A stretch of DNA of 64,000 nucleotides, from NCBI GenBank assembly GCA_963707985.1, contig CAVPRW010000047.1, forward strand, positions 1 through 64,000. The letters are read 5' to 3'. The stretch comes from an uncultured Nitrospinota bacterium (GTDB taxonomy: Bacteria; Tectomicrobia; Entotheonellia; J063; CAVPRW01). The notes under the pieces are model-generated. The model did no database searches, had not been told where the DNA came from, and saw nothing but the letters and a program-made list of their open reading frames with translations. Below, piece after piece: positions 32,440 to 42,520 of the stretch (position 1 is its first letter; each line of letters opens with the position of its first letter). Made by a program: the position numbers and the translations under genes.

Positions 32440-32771
32440 ATGTCGATGCAGTCACAGCGCTGGATCGCCGTGACTGAGCCGCGATTCCCCTGGGAACGCT
32501 CGGCCTTGACCTACTTGCGCGAGCGCTTACCGGATCAAGAGCCCTTTCGCGCCTGGTCCAATTTCGAATTCATCGCCGAAGACGGCAGCATCAATGAAGT
32601 CGATCTGTTGGTGGTGTCGCTCTACAAGATCTATTTGGTGGAGATCAAGAGCCGCCCGGGCCGCGTCTCAGGGGATGCCGGCACCTGGACGTGGACGCAT
32701 GAAGGACGGCACTTCACCGAAGATAATCCGCTGCTGCTGGCCAATCGCAAAGCCAAGAAGCTGAAATCGCT
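32440..32771 (+). pseudogene. pglW: N-terminal NERD fragment of BREX-2/Pgl kinase PglW, truncated at an IS1 remnant
   Basis: RWIAVTEPRFPWERSAL...EPFRAWSNFEFIAEDGSINEVDLLV...LVEIKSRPG...DNPLLLANRKAKKLKSL. Confidence 0.75.
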
Positions 32772-33431
32772 TGCCGTTGATACACGCCAGCGTGATCGGT
32801 GTAAAATTGTGAGAGACCAAACGGCCGTAACAACGTCTGCAATTGTCAAAAGACCTCATCCTCGTGGGTGCCGCACACCTACGCCAAAACGATCCCTTTC
32901 TGATGATCAACGGCAGGCCATCACCAGCGCTGCTGCTCCGTTCGTTTCACAAAACTCCACATCTTATCGAGCGCTGATTCATCCACCTTATGAATCGCAA
33001 CTTCCACATCTTCTGGGTGGCGATACGTACCGATATTTGGATTAACGGCGTGCAGCTCTGGCGCTTTTTTTAATTCATGTAGAACAGTAGTTGGACTGAT
33101 CTGTAATACCCGTGCGATATCTCGAATGCCAGTCGCATGGAGACTCATATCGATAATTTGTTGTTTCACCGCTGGTAGGCGTCCCCGATACACATAGTCA
33201 CGTATAAATGTCACAGTCGTACACGTTTCATTCTGACAGCGAAAGCGTTGTTTACCATCCGAAGTCTTCCCATGTTTCACTACATCCGTTCCCTGACATG
33301 TGGGACAGTGAATTGGTTCTACCACCATCACAGACCTGCCTTTCCTAGACGGGACGTGCATGACACCGCTGTACCACTCGTCCGTATATACCAGGGCGGG
33401 TCAAGAAATTCAACAAATCTGGGACACTACC
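32772..33431 (-). mobile_element. Truncated, degenerate IS1-family element
   Basis: IR GGTAGTGTCCCAGATTTGTTGAA at 33431; InsA from 33328 (CPTCQGTDVVKHG); InsB with internal stops; no second IR. Confidence 0.85.
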
Positions 33432-33778
33432 ATCTCAAGGAGTTGGCGAAAAAGATTCAAATGTACCACCAAAACTGTGGAAACCTAACATAGGTATTAA
33501 AGCTATTTCTCATGGTTCGCTCTTTTTTAGGGCGGTTTGTAAGTATCGGAGCAGAGACTCGTGTAGATGTCGACAGGGAAGTTCAGGAGCGCGAGAATGC
33601 CTTCTTGCACACGAGACAGGGGGTCAGGTGGTAACGCCAGCGGTCGACAAACAGGCCTGTCGTACGGACTCTCTCCATCATCCCTCAAAATTTACGGCAC
33701 ATCCCCCGGAATCCGAGATCATCTAACATCACCTCCGTCCTCATGGAACGCTGCTGGGGATTACAAGAGAAAAATCCC

Positions 33779-34294
33779 CTACGGCTCCTCCACGACGGTT
33801 ACGGTCAGATGGATCTCGGCAAGGGGTTGACTGAGCTCGCCTGTGGTGATTCGGATGACCTTCTCCATGAACCCTATGCGGTCTGGCCCATGGTAACTCG
33901 GATCGAAGGTGACCCGTAAGGTCGCCTCCTCACCGGGGCTGAGCGTTTCCGTCCAGGTGGGATAATTATTGAGCATGCCAAAGGCGGGGCTCTGCCGCTG
34001 GGCCACCACCAGGGTGGCCGACGTGCACGGTCAGGAGGTCCAAATGCGGCGAAGCGTGAGCGGAAGCTCCCCGTGCGCACGGAGCATGAAGGTGGTCTGC
34101 ACCATCCCTCCGAGTCGCGGCACACGGCCGAAGTCATAGGATGCGGGGATACTGGTGAGGCTCCCCTCGGTCTCCGCGTGGGTCACGGCTCCCTCCCAGA
34201 GGAGCGCCCAAGCGACGAGGCCGATGAGGATAATCGCCCTCAAGCCCGCCATTCCGCGTCTGTGTCCCCATGGAAAGATCGTCGAATGCGGCAT
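33779..34294 (-). CDS. Exported DUF1573/Ig-like protein with in-frame UGA (candidate selenoprotein)
   Basis: GAGGAGGT RBS; YDFGRV...LTLRRIWTS-UGA-PCTSATL...LSPGEEATLRVTFDP reads in one frame across TGA at 34033-34031. Confidence 0.75.
34001..34019 (-). promoter_or_regulatory. Candidate bacterial SECIS hairpin
   Basis: GGCCACC-CUGGU-GGUGGCC starting 11 nt after the UGA. Confidence 0.6.
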
Positions 34295-34828
34295 CGGTGT
34301 ACCTCCTCACGCCATCAGCCTCCAGCACAAAAGCGGGTCCCATAACTGCCGTCGGCCTGAATGTAGCGAGGTGCCATCCCTATGTCAATGGCTTGCATTG
34401 AGACGCCCTGACGCCCCAGGACGGGATCATGGTGGGCGGGCCGACGGCGGCGGGAGATACTGTCCTCCCCATCCATCCCCGCGTGTGTCGGATCGGCAAC
34501 GTCGTCCCTGGTAGACACCAGCACGGCGTCTGGACCACCACACCTAGCTGGCACCAGCAGCGGCCGATCCCTCAGCACCTGACAGACCCCGCGTCCGATA
34601 TGACGGCTTGATGCTCCCCGGCCATGGGCCACCCCAGCCTCGCAGCCTCAAATGTCACAGCCGACCCTCGCGCCTCTGGCAGACGTGGCACCCACACGCA
34701 CTGCGGCGGGGGGAGGGCCATCCTTCTTGACGGACTCGCGTAGCTCCCGCATACTTGCGCCACGTGATCAGGACTGGTTGGTGGGGTCAGCTGGACCGCA
34801 GGTGACCCCTTGTCTGAGGAGACAGGCC

Positions 34829-35686
34829 ATGAAGACATACGTGCTGCGCGTCGCACTGATGGCTGGGCTCGTGGTGATGGCCGCGGGATGGGGGCAGGCC
34901 GAGAGTCTGTCGGGGACGATTGCCTCCACCCATACCTTGACCCAGGACACCGACCTCACCGGCGACGTGATCTGTACAGTCTCGGACGCCCCCTGTCTCG
35001 TATTTGGGGCGCCGAGCCTGCAACTTCGGCTACATGGGCATGCTATCACGGGGCAGGGGCTCGCCGATGCCTGTCCCACCGTGGCGTTTGCGGAGGACGG
35101 GATTGAGACCAACCGACATCCCGGAGTGTCGATCGTGGGGCCAGGCCTTGTCCGGCGCTTTCGGCAGCACGGGATCCTGGTGAATAGCGACCTTGCGGCC
35201 GTGCGGCAGGTCGTGGTGGCTAGTAGCTGCCTGAACGGGATCGCCGTGTTTGGGCGCGGCAACCGCGTGGAGCAGACGACCGTGGTCCGGGCGGCGCTGG
35301 TAGGCCCCGGCTTCGCGGGGATCTTCTGCGGCGGCAGTGGCGGGCACCGGCTGCGACGGAATGAGGTGGTGAGCGGTGGCGGGCCCGGCATCACCGTGGC
35401 GCCGGCCGCAGGGACTGACGCCCTCCCCAATCTGCTGGAGATGAACAGTGCCTCGGGCAATGATGGGATCGGCCTCGTGCTGGCCTGGGGCGCGGTCGGC
35501 AACTCCATTCGTCGGAACGCGGTACTCGGGAACCGGCAAGTCCCAGATATCCTGGATGGCAATCCAGTGGGCACGAACCAATACGAGGCCACCCTGTGCG
35601 AAACATCGCTGGGGGGCGCGCCGTCCTGTTCCAACCTCCCAGCCCTCGCTGGGCATGAACCCGCCATGGGGACCGAGCTGGAATAG
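34829..35686 (+). CDS. Secreted right-handed parallel beta-helix protein
   Basis: Signal peptide; LTQDTDLTGDVIC, LRLHGHAITG, repeated NxxxGN/GI motifs. Confidence 0.75.
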   Translation: MKTYVLRVALMAGLVVMAAGWGQAESLSGTIASTHTLTQDTDLTGDVICTVSDAPCLVFGAPSLQLRLHGHAITGQGLADACPTVAFAEDGIETNRHPGVSIVGPGLVRRFRQHGILVNSDLAAVRQVVVASSCLNGIAVFGRGNRVEQTTVVRAALVGPGFAGIFCGGSGGHRLRRNEVVSGGGPGITVAPAAGTDALPNLLEMNSASGNDGIGLVLAWGAVGNSIRRNAVLGNRQVPDILDGNPVGTNQYEATLCETSLGGAPSCSNLPALAGHEPAMGTELE

Positions 35687-35790
35687 GTCAGTACGGGTGG
35701 TGAGCCATAAGGAAGACACGCGATGAGCGAAAGCGCTAAATACCGGGGGGATTCTTTGAGAGGGTGTTCAAGAACATGAGAGCGTTCAAT

Positions 35791-36054
35791 ATGAAGTCCA
35801 GTTCTACTGCCGCCATTCAGCGGGATGGGCCGTGGTGGATCGGATGGGGCTTGGAGGTTCCTGGTGTGAGCTCCCAAGGGACAACCAGGGAAGAACTTAT
35901 TGAAAATCTCTGTTCCGCCCTCCACGAAGCCCTCGAAATGAATCGTGCCGATGCCCTGGCTGCGGAGAGTGGCGCGGTTTCAGAAATTACAGACCCTGTG
36001 GCGTGGCAACGTGATCTACGTCAAGATCGTCCACTGTCTAGTCAAGCGGAGTGA
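35791..36054 (+). CDS. HicB-like antitoxin with VapB-like C-terminal tail
   Basis: TAAIQRDGPWWIGW..EVPGVSSQGTTREELIENL..ALHEALE + ITDPVAWQRDLRQDRPL. Confidence 0.6.
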   Translation: MKSSSTAAIQRDGPWWIGWGLEVPGVSSQGTTREELIENLCSALHEALEMNRADALAAESGAVSEITDPVAWQRDLRQDRPLSSQAE

Positions 36055-36416
36055 TGCTCATCGCTAGCAATATCATCATCTACAGTGCTCAGCCCCCGAA
36101 TGCCGACCTAGGACGCTTCATTGCGATCCATGCCCCTGCCGTCTCAGCCATCAGTTATGTGGAAGTGTTGGGGTACCACCGACTGATAGAGCAGCATCGG
36201 CAACACTTCGTGCAATTTTTTCGGACCGCTCGCGTTCTTCTTCTCTCCCAAGCTGTACTTGATCAGGCAGTGGCACGTCGGCGGCGTCGGAGAATGAGCC
36301 TTGGCGATGCGATCATCGCTGGCACAGCTCTCGCTTACGACTTAACGCTCATCACTCGGAACACGGAGGATTTTCAGTGGATTGATGAGCTGTCGCTCTT
36401 AACCCCGCTGGGGTAA
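36051..36416 (+). CDS. vapC: PIN-domain VapC, possibly inactive
   Basis: LIASNIIIY (first conserved Asp replaced by Ala), SYVEVLG, SLGDAIIAGTAL, TRNTEDF. Confidence 0.8.
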   Translation: MMLIASNIIIYSAQPPNADLGRFIAIHAPAVSAISYVEVLGYHRLIEQHRQHFVQFFRTARVLLLSQAVLDQAVARRRRRRMSLGDAIIAGTALAYDLTLITRNTEDFQWIDELSLLTPLG

Positions 36417-36454
36417 GGATCACGAGCATATAAGCATAGAAGACAACAGATTAC

Positions 36455-36520
36455 ATGATTCAAGAGATGGCGCTGGACGAGTTGCGGGCGGCCCGGGCGC
36501 TAACGCAAGAGCATCTCTAA
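36455..36520 (+). pseudogene. XRE HTH antitoxin fragment
   Basis: EMALDELRAARALTQEHL*. Confidence 0.5.
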
Positions 36521-36638
36521 CCCATTCCCCTGTTGCGTAACTCTCCGTAATCCTTATACTCTCTCAGCATAGAGTATCCTGTACGACTCCAGTGTCGTGT
36601 GGGCTCATCTCAACGCCGATTCAAGAGGAGGTCAGTCC

Positions 36639-36728
36639 ATGGCCAAGATTCTGGAATGCGCTAAGGTCGACCCATCGAGTGGGTGTCAGCACGTGGTGCG
36701 GGGCGAGACAGCGCCTGACGCCGCTTGA
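36639..36728 (+). pseudogene. DUF1059-like small metal-binding protein, truncated
   Basis: GAGGAGG RBS; MAKILECAKVDPSSGCQHVVRGET then early stop. Confidence 0.5.
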
Positions 36729-36869
36729 GGATCTGCCGGCAGGTCCCGGCGGTCGGTGCAGCGCGAGAAGAGACTCGTCAGGCTGCAGATGACACTCGGG
36801 AAGGCCAGAGAGCAGCAATAAATTTTCAGCGAGGCCGCTAGGGGTAGTGACTGCCTCGCCGACCATAGC

Positions 36870-38893
36870 AGTGCGCAAAACGACTTCGTCAGCGTCACCG
36901 AGGTGCCAAGGCGGACGTTTGCGAAACATCCGTGGAGCATTGGTGGCGGTGGGGCTGCTAATCTCCAGGAAATTATCGATCTCAAAGCGATCCATCAATT
37001 ACAGGACCTCATCCAATCTATAGGATTCTATCAAGACACTCACTCCGATCAAGCATTCGTACAGCCGATAGATTTTGTGCATCGGCATCAGCTTCATGAG
37101 GGCTTCCGGCTTCAGGTTAGGGGTGAACAGCTCCGTGATTGGTCAACCGAAGCGGACGAAGCGATGCTCTTCCCTTATAATCGAGACCTGACCCAATGGG
37201 TAGAAATCCCAAAGCAGCCGCAATGGCCTTGGTTTCACAATTTACGAACTTTGCTTTGGGTAAGAACTACGTTTGGAGGAGGTACATACCGAGGCGATGG
37301 GCAAGTATGGTTTGACTACCATCAATTTCCTAAGGATCGAGCGCGCACTCCGCTGTCCATCGCTTTTGCCTTCGTCGCCACGCACAACCACTTCGTCCTC
37401 GATCGCGGCGGAAAGGTCTTTAACCGCTCGGCGCCGATCATCAAGTTACCCGCCAAGGCCACCTTCGAAAATTTCTATGAGTTCACAGCTACTGGCTTAC
37501 AGATGTTTCCGATCACCGAGGACAAGCCCCTTGACCTTTCTGCCCTCCTTGATCGCCTGGCCGAGGATCGACAGACTCACCTGCCGGCCCAACTGGCCGC
37601 CAGCTTCCCGCTGTCCCGCGCTGCTCTCGACGAACATAAACGTCAGTCTGAGGCCCTCCTCAGCAACATGATTGTCTTGCAGGAAGAACTCGACTGGCGC
37701 TGCTATATGCTCTACGGACTCACTGCCCAGGACCTCTGTTACCAAGACCCTGCCGGCAACCAGTGCGAGCCACCGGGTCTGTCTCTCGGCCAGCGCGCCT
37801 TCGAGATCGTCATGGCTCGCCAGATGGCCGGCGGCGAGCTGGAGACCACCTGGTTCGAACGTCATGGTTCGAAGTCCATCACCGAACTTCCCGACCACAG
37901 GCCCGAGGACTACAAACGGCTGGTCGAGCGGCGCATCGAGCTGATCGAGCACGACCCCTACATCAACCTCATCGAACGCCCCGAGTACAAACGCCGCTGG
38001 AATACCGAGTCCTGGGAGGACCAGGAGCGTCGCGCCCTCCAGAACTGGCTGCTCGATCGCCTGGAGGACAGCCGGTACTGGCAGGAACCCTCTCTACAGA
38101 CCACTCGCACCCTGGCGAACAAAGCGCAGATGGACAGCGATTTCCTGCAGGTGGCCGAACTGTATCGCGGCCATGCCGGCTTCGACGTGCACGCTCTGGT
38201 CGCTGAGCTGATCGAGGCCGAGTCCGTCCCATTGCTCCCCGTGCTCCGCTACAAATCCTCGGGGCTGCGCAAGCGGAAATATCTGGGAGCACACCTGGGA
38301 CCGCCAGCGGCAGGAGGATGCCATCGATGCCGAGGTGGAGAGCACCCTGACACGAGGCGCCGATGAAACTGCCGAGTCATTCAAGGAGCATTTGGCAGCC
38401 GAGCAACGTCGCCGTAAGCGGGAGGAAATCGACGATATTCCGCCACCGCCCAAGTACACTTCGGCCGATTTTCAGACCTCGACCCTGCTGGCGCCTGCGC
38501 GGTGCCCTCGACGTGCCGAAGGAGCGCTTCGTCAGCTATCCGTTCTGCTCGCGAGACGCCGATCCATCGCTGCTGATCGGCTGGGCTGGTTGGGACCACC
38601 TGCAACAGGCCAAAGCCCTGGCGGCCTGGTATACGGAGGTAACGAAACAAGAGGGTTGGTCGGTCGAGCGGCTAAAACCACTGCTGGCTGGCCTGACGGA
38701 GATCATCCCATGGCTCAAGCAGTGGCATAACGACCTCGACCCCGAGTTTCAGGAGCGCATGGGGGACTTTTTCGAGACCTTCCTGCAAGGGCAGCTTCAG
38801 CGATACGGCTTGACACGGGACGACCTCAAGCACTGGACACCCCCTGCTGCAGGGCGGCCAAGACGGGGCCGTCGACGCTCATCAATGTCCTGA
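36870..38893 (+). pseudogene. pglX: C-terminal part of BREX-2 adenine methyltransferase PglX (5'-truncated, frameshifted)
   Basis: HPWSIGGGGA, FAFVATHNHFVLDRGGKVFNRSAPIIKLP, LQEELDW, LIERPEYKRRW, WRLRGALDVPKERFVSY, GWAGWDHLQQA, PWLKQWHN. Confidence 0.85.
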
Positions 38894-39121
38894 AGCACAC
38901 CTCGACGCAGCATGTCGCCTGTGGTGCGTACGGGCGGGATGATCGGCCCTGGCCTCCGCAGTCCAAGGATCCCCGCCTGCTATCCCTGCACAGTTTAGGC
39001 TATTGTGATATGATAGTATCTTACTGGCAGCGTTCACTAAAAACAGGAAAGTCATAAGACACTTGAGAAGTGGGGGTATCTGTGTTGCCGATTTGCCCTC
39101 TGCTCGATAGAGACTGGAGTG

Positions 39122-39231
39122 GGTTATGTCGCAAATTTCGATTTTAAGGGTAAAATCCGACAATCGTCTCTCGGAAATTCAATGACTTACAGACACCAAA
39201 ACTCTCGAAAAAGCAACTTTGCGACAGAACC
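39122..39231. mobile_element. 110-bp IS6-like miniature element
   Basis: Inward-facing IRs GGTTATGTCGCAAATTT and reverse complement GGTTCTGTCGCAAAGTT, like IS257/IS431 ends; no ORF, no TSD. Confidence 0.6.
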
Positions 39232-39329
39232 ATCTTTCCAGCTTCGCGCTCTGGACACAAGTGACGAAATCCGAAATCTCGCCTGCTGCTTCCGGACTAC
39301 TAAAGCTGTATAAGAAGAAGCTCCATGTT

Positions 39330-40583
39330 TATAATGTACCCCGAAAACTGGACAGGTGATTAAGATAGAATGCTGTGTCATGGCACGAGCCTGGAGGAGG
39401 TGAGGAGAGAGAAGATGTCGACACAGCGGAAACATTATAGCGCGGAGTTCAAAGCCCGTGTGGCATTGGACGCCATCAAGGGGCACAAAACAGTCAACGA
39501 GCTCGCGAGTACCTACGGGGTACATCCGACCCAGATTACGCACTGGAAACATCAGCTCCAACAGGAGGTTCTCCATATTTTCTCAGCCCGACGGGCCAAG
39601 CGTGAACAGGACCAGGACGCCCTACAAGCCCGGTTATACCAACAAATTGGGCAACTCAAAGTGGAGTTGGACTGGTTGAAAAAAAAAGCTGGAGTTATCA
39701 GCTGAGGCCAAGCGCGGTTTGATCGAGCCGGATCACCCCCGGCTCAGCGTTGCCCGGCAGTGTGCCCTGCTGGGGTTATCACGGTCGAGTTTTTACTATA
39801 GGTCACCAGGAGAACGTGCGGAGCATCTGTATTTGATGCGCTTGTTGGATGAACAGTACACGCGGACGCCCTTTTATGGGGTCCGCCGGATGACGGTGTG
39901 GCTTCGGCAGCCAGGGTATTCGGTGAATCCCAAACGGGTGGTGCGGTTGCTGCGAACCATGGGGTTGGAGACGATCGATCCCACACCGCGTACGACTCAC
40001 CCGCATCCTGCGCATCGCGTATACCCGTACTTGCTGCGTGGGGTGCCCATGACGCGGGTGAACCAAGTCTGGAGTACCGATATCACCTATGTGCGGCTGC
40101 ATGGCGGGTTTGTCTACCTGGTCGCGGTGATGGATTGGTGCAGCCGGTATGTGCTGTCCTGGGCGGTGTCGATCACCATGGATGTGGGCTTCTGTTTGGA
40201 GGCGTTGGAGCAAGCCCTTGGTGTGGCCACCCCGCTTATCTGCAACAGTGACCAGGGGGCACAGTTTACGAGCCTGGAGTTTACAGGGCGGTTAGCGGCC
40301 GCGGGGATCCAGATTCGTATGGACGGGCGGGGACGGGCACTGGACAACGTCTTTATCGAGCGGCTGTGGCGGACGGTCAAATATGAGGAGGTCTATTTGA
40401 AGGATGATGGCACGCCCAGGGAGGCGAGGCAGGGGTTAGGGCAGTTCTTTCAGTTATACAATGAGCAGCGTCCTCACCAGGCGTTGGGGTATCAGACGCC
40501 AGCGACAATGTATTTCGGTTCGCACGCCTAGCAGTCTATCTTATTTTGCGACTCAAATTGTCTTGACAACGGGGTACACCGCA
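39330..40583 (+). mobile_element. IS3-family insertion sequence with 3-bp TSD (GTT)
   Basis: Ends TATAATGTACCCCG / reverse complement TGCGGTGTACCCCG; GTT at 39327-39329 and 40584-40586. Confidence 0.88.
39415..40531 (+). CDS. IS3 transposase OrfA (39415-39705) and OrfB, joined by a frameshift at the A-run ~39678
   Basis: RKHYSAEFKARVAL, LYQQIGQLKVELDWLKKK; WSTDITY, NSDQGAQFTS, DNVFIERLWRTVKYE. Confidence 0.92.
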
Positions 40584-41149
40584 GTTTCCAGTGCACCTAT
40601 GGTGTAAATATTCTTCTCCTGCTCCGAAATTTCGGCCCATTTGTATGGTGTCATGAACCGCAATGAGCGAGTTTCTGGCGACTCACTTTCCGAGGTACCT
40701 CCTACCTTTTCATGCGAGAGACGTATAGGCTCGCATTCTGTCACGTGGATCCAGAGACGGTCGCGCCACTGGTTTTCGTCTATGTGCGGCAAGTCCTGGA
40801 ACCTTTCGACAATCGTGCAGGTCACGTCTCCCTTTCGGGCCAAAACCTTCCCAGCCCATTGCATGTCTTCCAGTATCTCCTTCACGAAAATAAATTTCAC
40901 AGTCAGGGATCGATCCTTAACAGTGATTGTATCGCCTAGTTTGATGGCTTCTGGGATCCCTTCTTTCCCGACAGGACCGGAGACGAGGGTTACGAAGTAA
41001 TTCTTGTGCGCATACATCGTTGCACTATTGTTCCTGACTCCCACTGCCGTAGCCTCGTACTCCCGTGTCTTCTCGCCGGCAGCGCCAATAGTGACAACCA
41101 TAAGGATTAGCAACGTAGCAGTTCCTATCCGAGCTGCTCGTCGGATCAT
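40584..41149 (-). pseudogene. Secreted hypothetical protein interrupted by IS3
   Basis: Signal-like N-terminus; the frame continues on the other side of IS3 (ETWSFFLYSFSSPEAAGEISDFVTCVQ) to ~39232. Confidence 0.6.
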
Positions 41150-41214
41150 CCTGTGGAGGGTGCTCGCGTTGCAGAGGCGAAGGATTTCACGTAGGCTCAT
41201 GCTTTCCATCCAGA

Positions 41215-41530
41215 GGATTGCTCCGCCCTCAGTCCTTGCCCGGACACCCCGCAGATCTCCCGCGGTAAGCTGTCATCCCGTCGGTGCATAGACGCTAGAT
41301 TTATACAGCACGCCCCAACTGTGGATGGCGGGCTTTGCGGTCGCGTGCCCACTCGTCCCGAACGTACCACACCTCGGGTCCGGTTCGTATCCCTCGCCCC
41401 GCACCTTCGTTCCACGCCTCCTTCAGACCCCACCTCACGGTGACGCCCGTGCGCTTCCCGTGCCCTCCGGCTCCACAAACACCTGGACAGGAGACTTTCA
41501 CTCCCAAGCATGACAGCATGCACGGCACAC
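41215..41530 (-). ncRNA. 5' fragment (domain I to start of II) of a group IIC intron; no RT ORF
   Basis: Begins GTGTGCCGTGCATG, then GGGAGTGAAAGTCTCC, CTGAAGGAGGCG, GATACGAAC, CTTACCGCGGGAGATCTG. Confidence 0.8.
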
Positions 41531-41584
41531 ACGCTAGGCCTGAGCCGCGCGGGTCACCGCGTCGGCTCCAGGCCCTGGTTAGAC
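41531..41584 (-). other. attC integron site, interrupted in its 3' core by the intron
   Basis: GTCTAAC-CAGGG-CCTGGAGC-CGACGCG-GTGACC-CGCGCG-GCTCAGG-CCTAG-CGT|intron; two extrahelical bases as in canonical attC. Confidence 0.8.
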
Positions 41585-41878
41585 CTCGCTCGGGCACGAA
41601 CCAGACGCACTTCGAGACGGCAACCCACCGCCTCGGCATACTTCCGCAAGGTGGCTAGAGAAGGCGAATGCTTGCCACTCGTCAGCGACGCCTCTAAACG
41701 CGTCACCGCTGGGGGCTTTGTGCCCATACGCTCAGCTACCTGTGCCTGGGTGAGGCCAGCGTCTTGGCGGGCCTGCAACATTTGGCGCAAGAATCTCGAA
41801 TTCTGGTCCCAGTGCCTCATAGGCGGCTCGCACTGCTGGTTTTTGCAGTGCTGTCTGCTTCACTTCACCGTGGGTCAT
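41554..41878 (-). CDS. XRE HTH antitoxin (frameshift near 41792)
   Basis: VRAAYEALGPEF + ARQDAGLTQAQVAERMGTKPPAVTRLE...PSLATLRKYAEAVG. Confidence 0.85.
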
Positions 41879-41882
41879 GGCG

Positions 41883-42200
41883 CTACACCTCTTGCAATCT
41901 GCGTTTGGCTATCTCAAGTTCCCGTTTGGGCGTCTGCTGTGATTTCTTGATAAAGACGTGGAGCATGACAATATGTCGTTGAACAACGGTGCAGTAGAAT
42001 ATTCTGGCGATCCCTTCCTGCCCTTTGACGCATAACTCGAAGAGCCCTTCCCCCATGGCACGCGTGTGGGGCATACCAAGATTGGGGCCGAACTCGATCA
42101 TTAAATCGGTGAGCCGCAAATATCGGGCGAGGAGGCCGGATGGTATGCGCAGGACCGCTTGCTCGACAGTTTGGTTGTAGTATTCGATACCCCATACCAT
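41883..42200 (-). CDS. RelE/ParE-superfamily (Gp49-like) toxin
   Basis: GPNLGMPHTRAMGEGLFEL...ARIFYC...LHVFIKKSQQTP. Confidence 0.88.
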   Translation of the reverse strand: MVWGIEYYNQTVEQAVLRIPSGLLARYLRLTDLMIEFGPNLGMPHTRAMGEGLFELCVKGQEGIARIFYCTVVQRHIVMLHVFIKKSQQTPKRELEIAKRRLQEV

Positions 42201-42210
42201 GAGGTAAAGA

Positions 42211-42225
42211 TAACATATTTGTTAC
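42211..42225. promoter_or_regulatory. Palindromic operator upstream of the TA pair
   Basis: TAACA-TATTT-TGTTA. Confidence 0.5.
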
Positions 42226-42520
42226 TGCATGGCCATGAGGGTTTTAGAGGTCTAAACCATTGCTTAACGGGCTATTTTGCCCTGGAAATCTGATATTAAT
42301 GGGATTTTCGGGCAGTTTTGCCCGATACCTGTTAGCAGCGATCTGCGGACACCACCACAGCATGATTGTATGCCTGCCCCGGAGGGAAATCGACAACCCA
42401 CACTCCTTGGAGATTTGCTCCTCCCCGTGCCCACCCTCCTGGGTTACGCCGATTCGCACACGAGTGAAGAAGCGAACCCACGTCGTGAGGTGTAACGTAA
42501 TGTTGCAGGGTGGTCGGAAA

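Noticed and set aside
32921..32923. TGA in the IS1 remnant as a recoded codon
   Set aside because: Other stops (TAG, TGA) follow in the same frame; ordinary decay
32434..33045. 203-aa NERD ORF as an intact gene
   Set aside because: Second half is the antisense strand of the IS1 remnant
34360..34380. TGGCAC on the minus strand upstream of the DUF1573 gene as a sigma54 promoter
   Set aside because: No TTGC at the -12 position
42280..42480. Possible transposase scrap (GVWVVDF...YNHAVVVS on the minus strand)
   Set aside because: Too short and degenerate to assign
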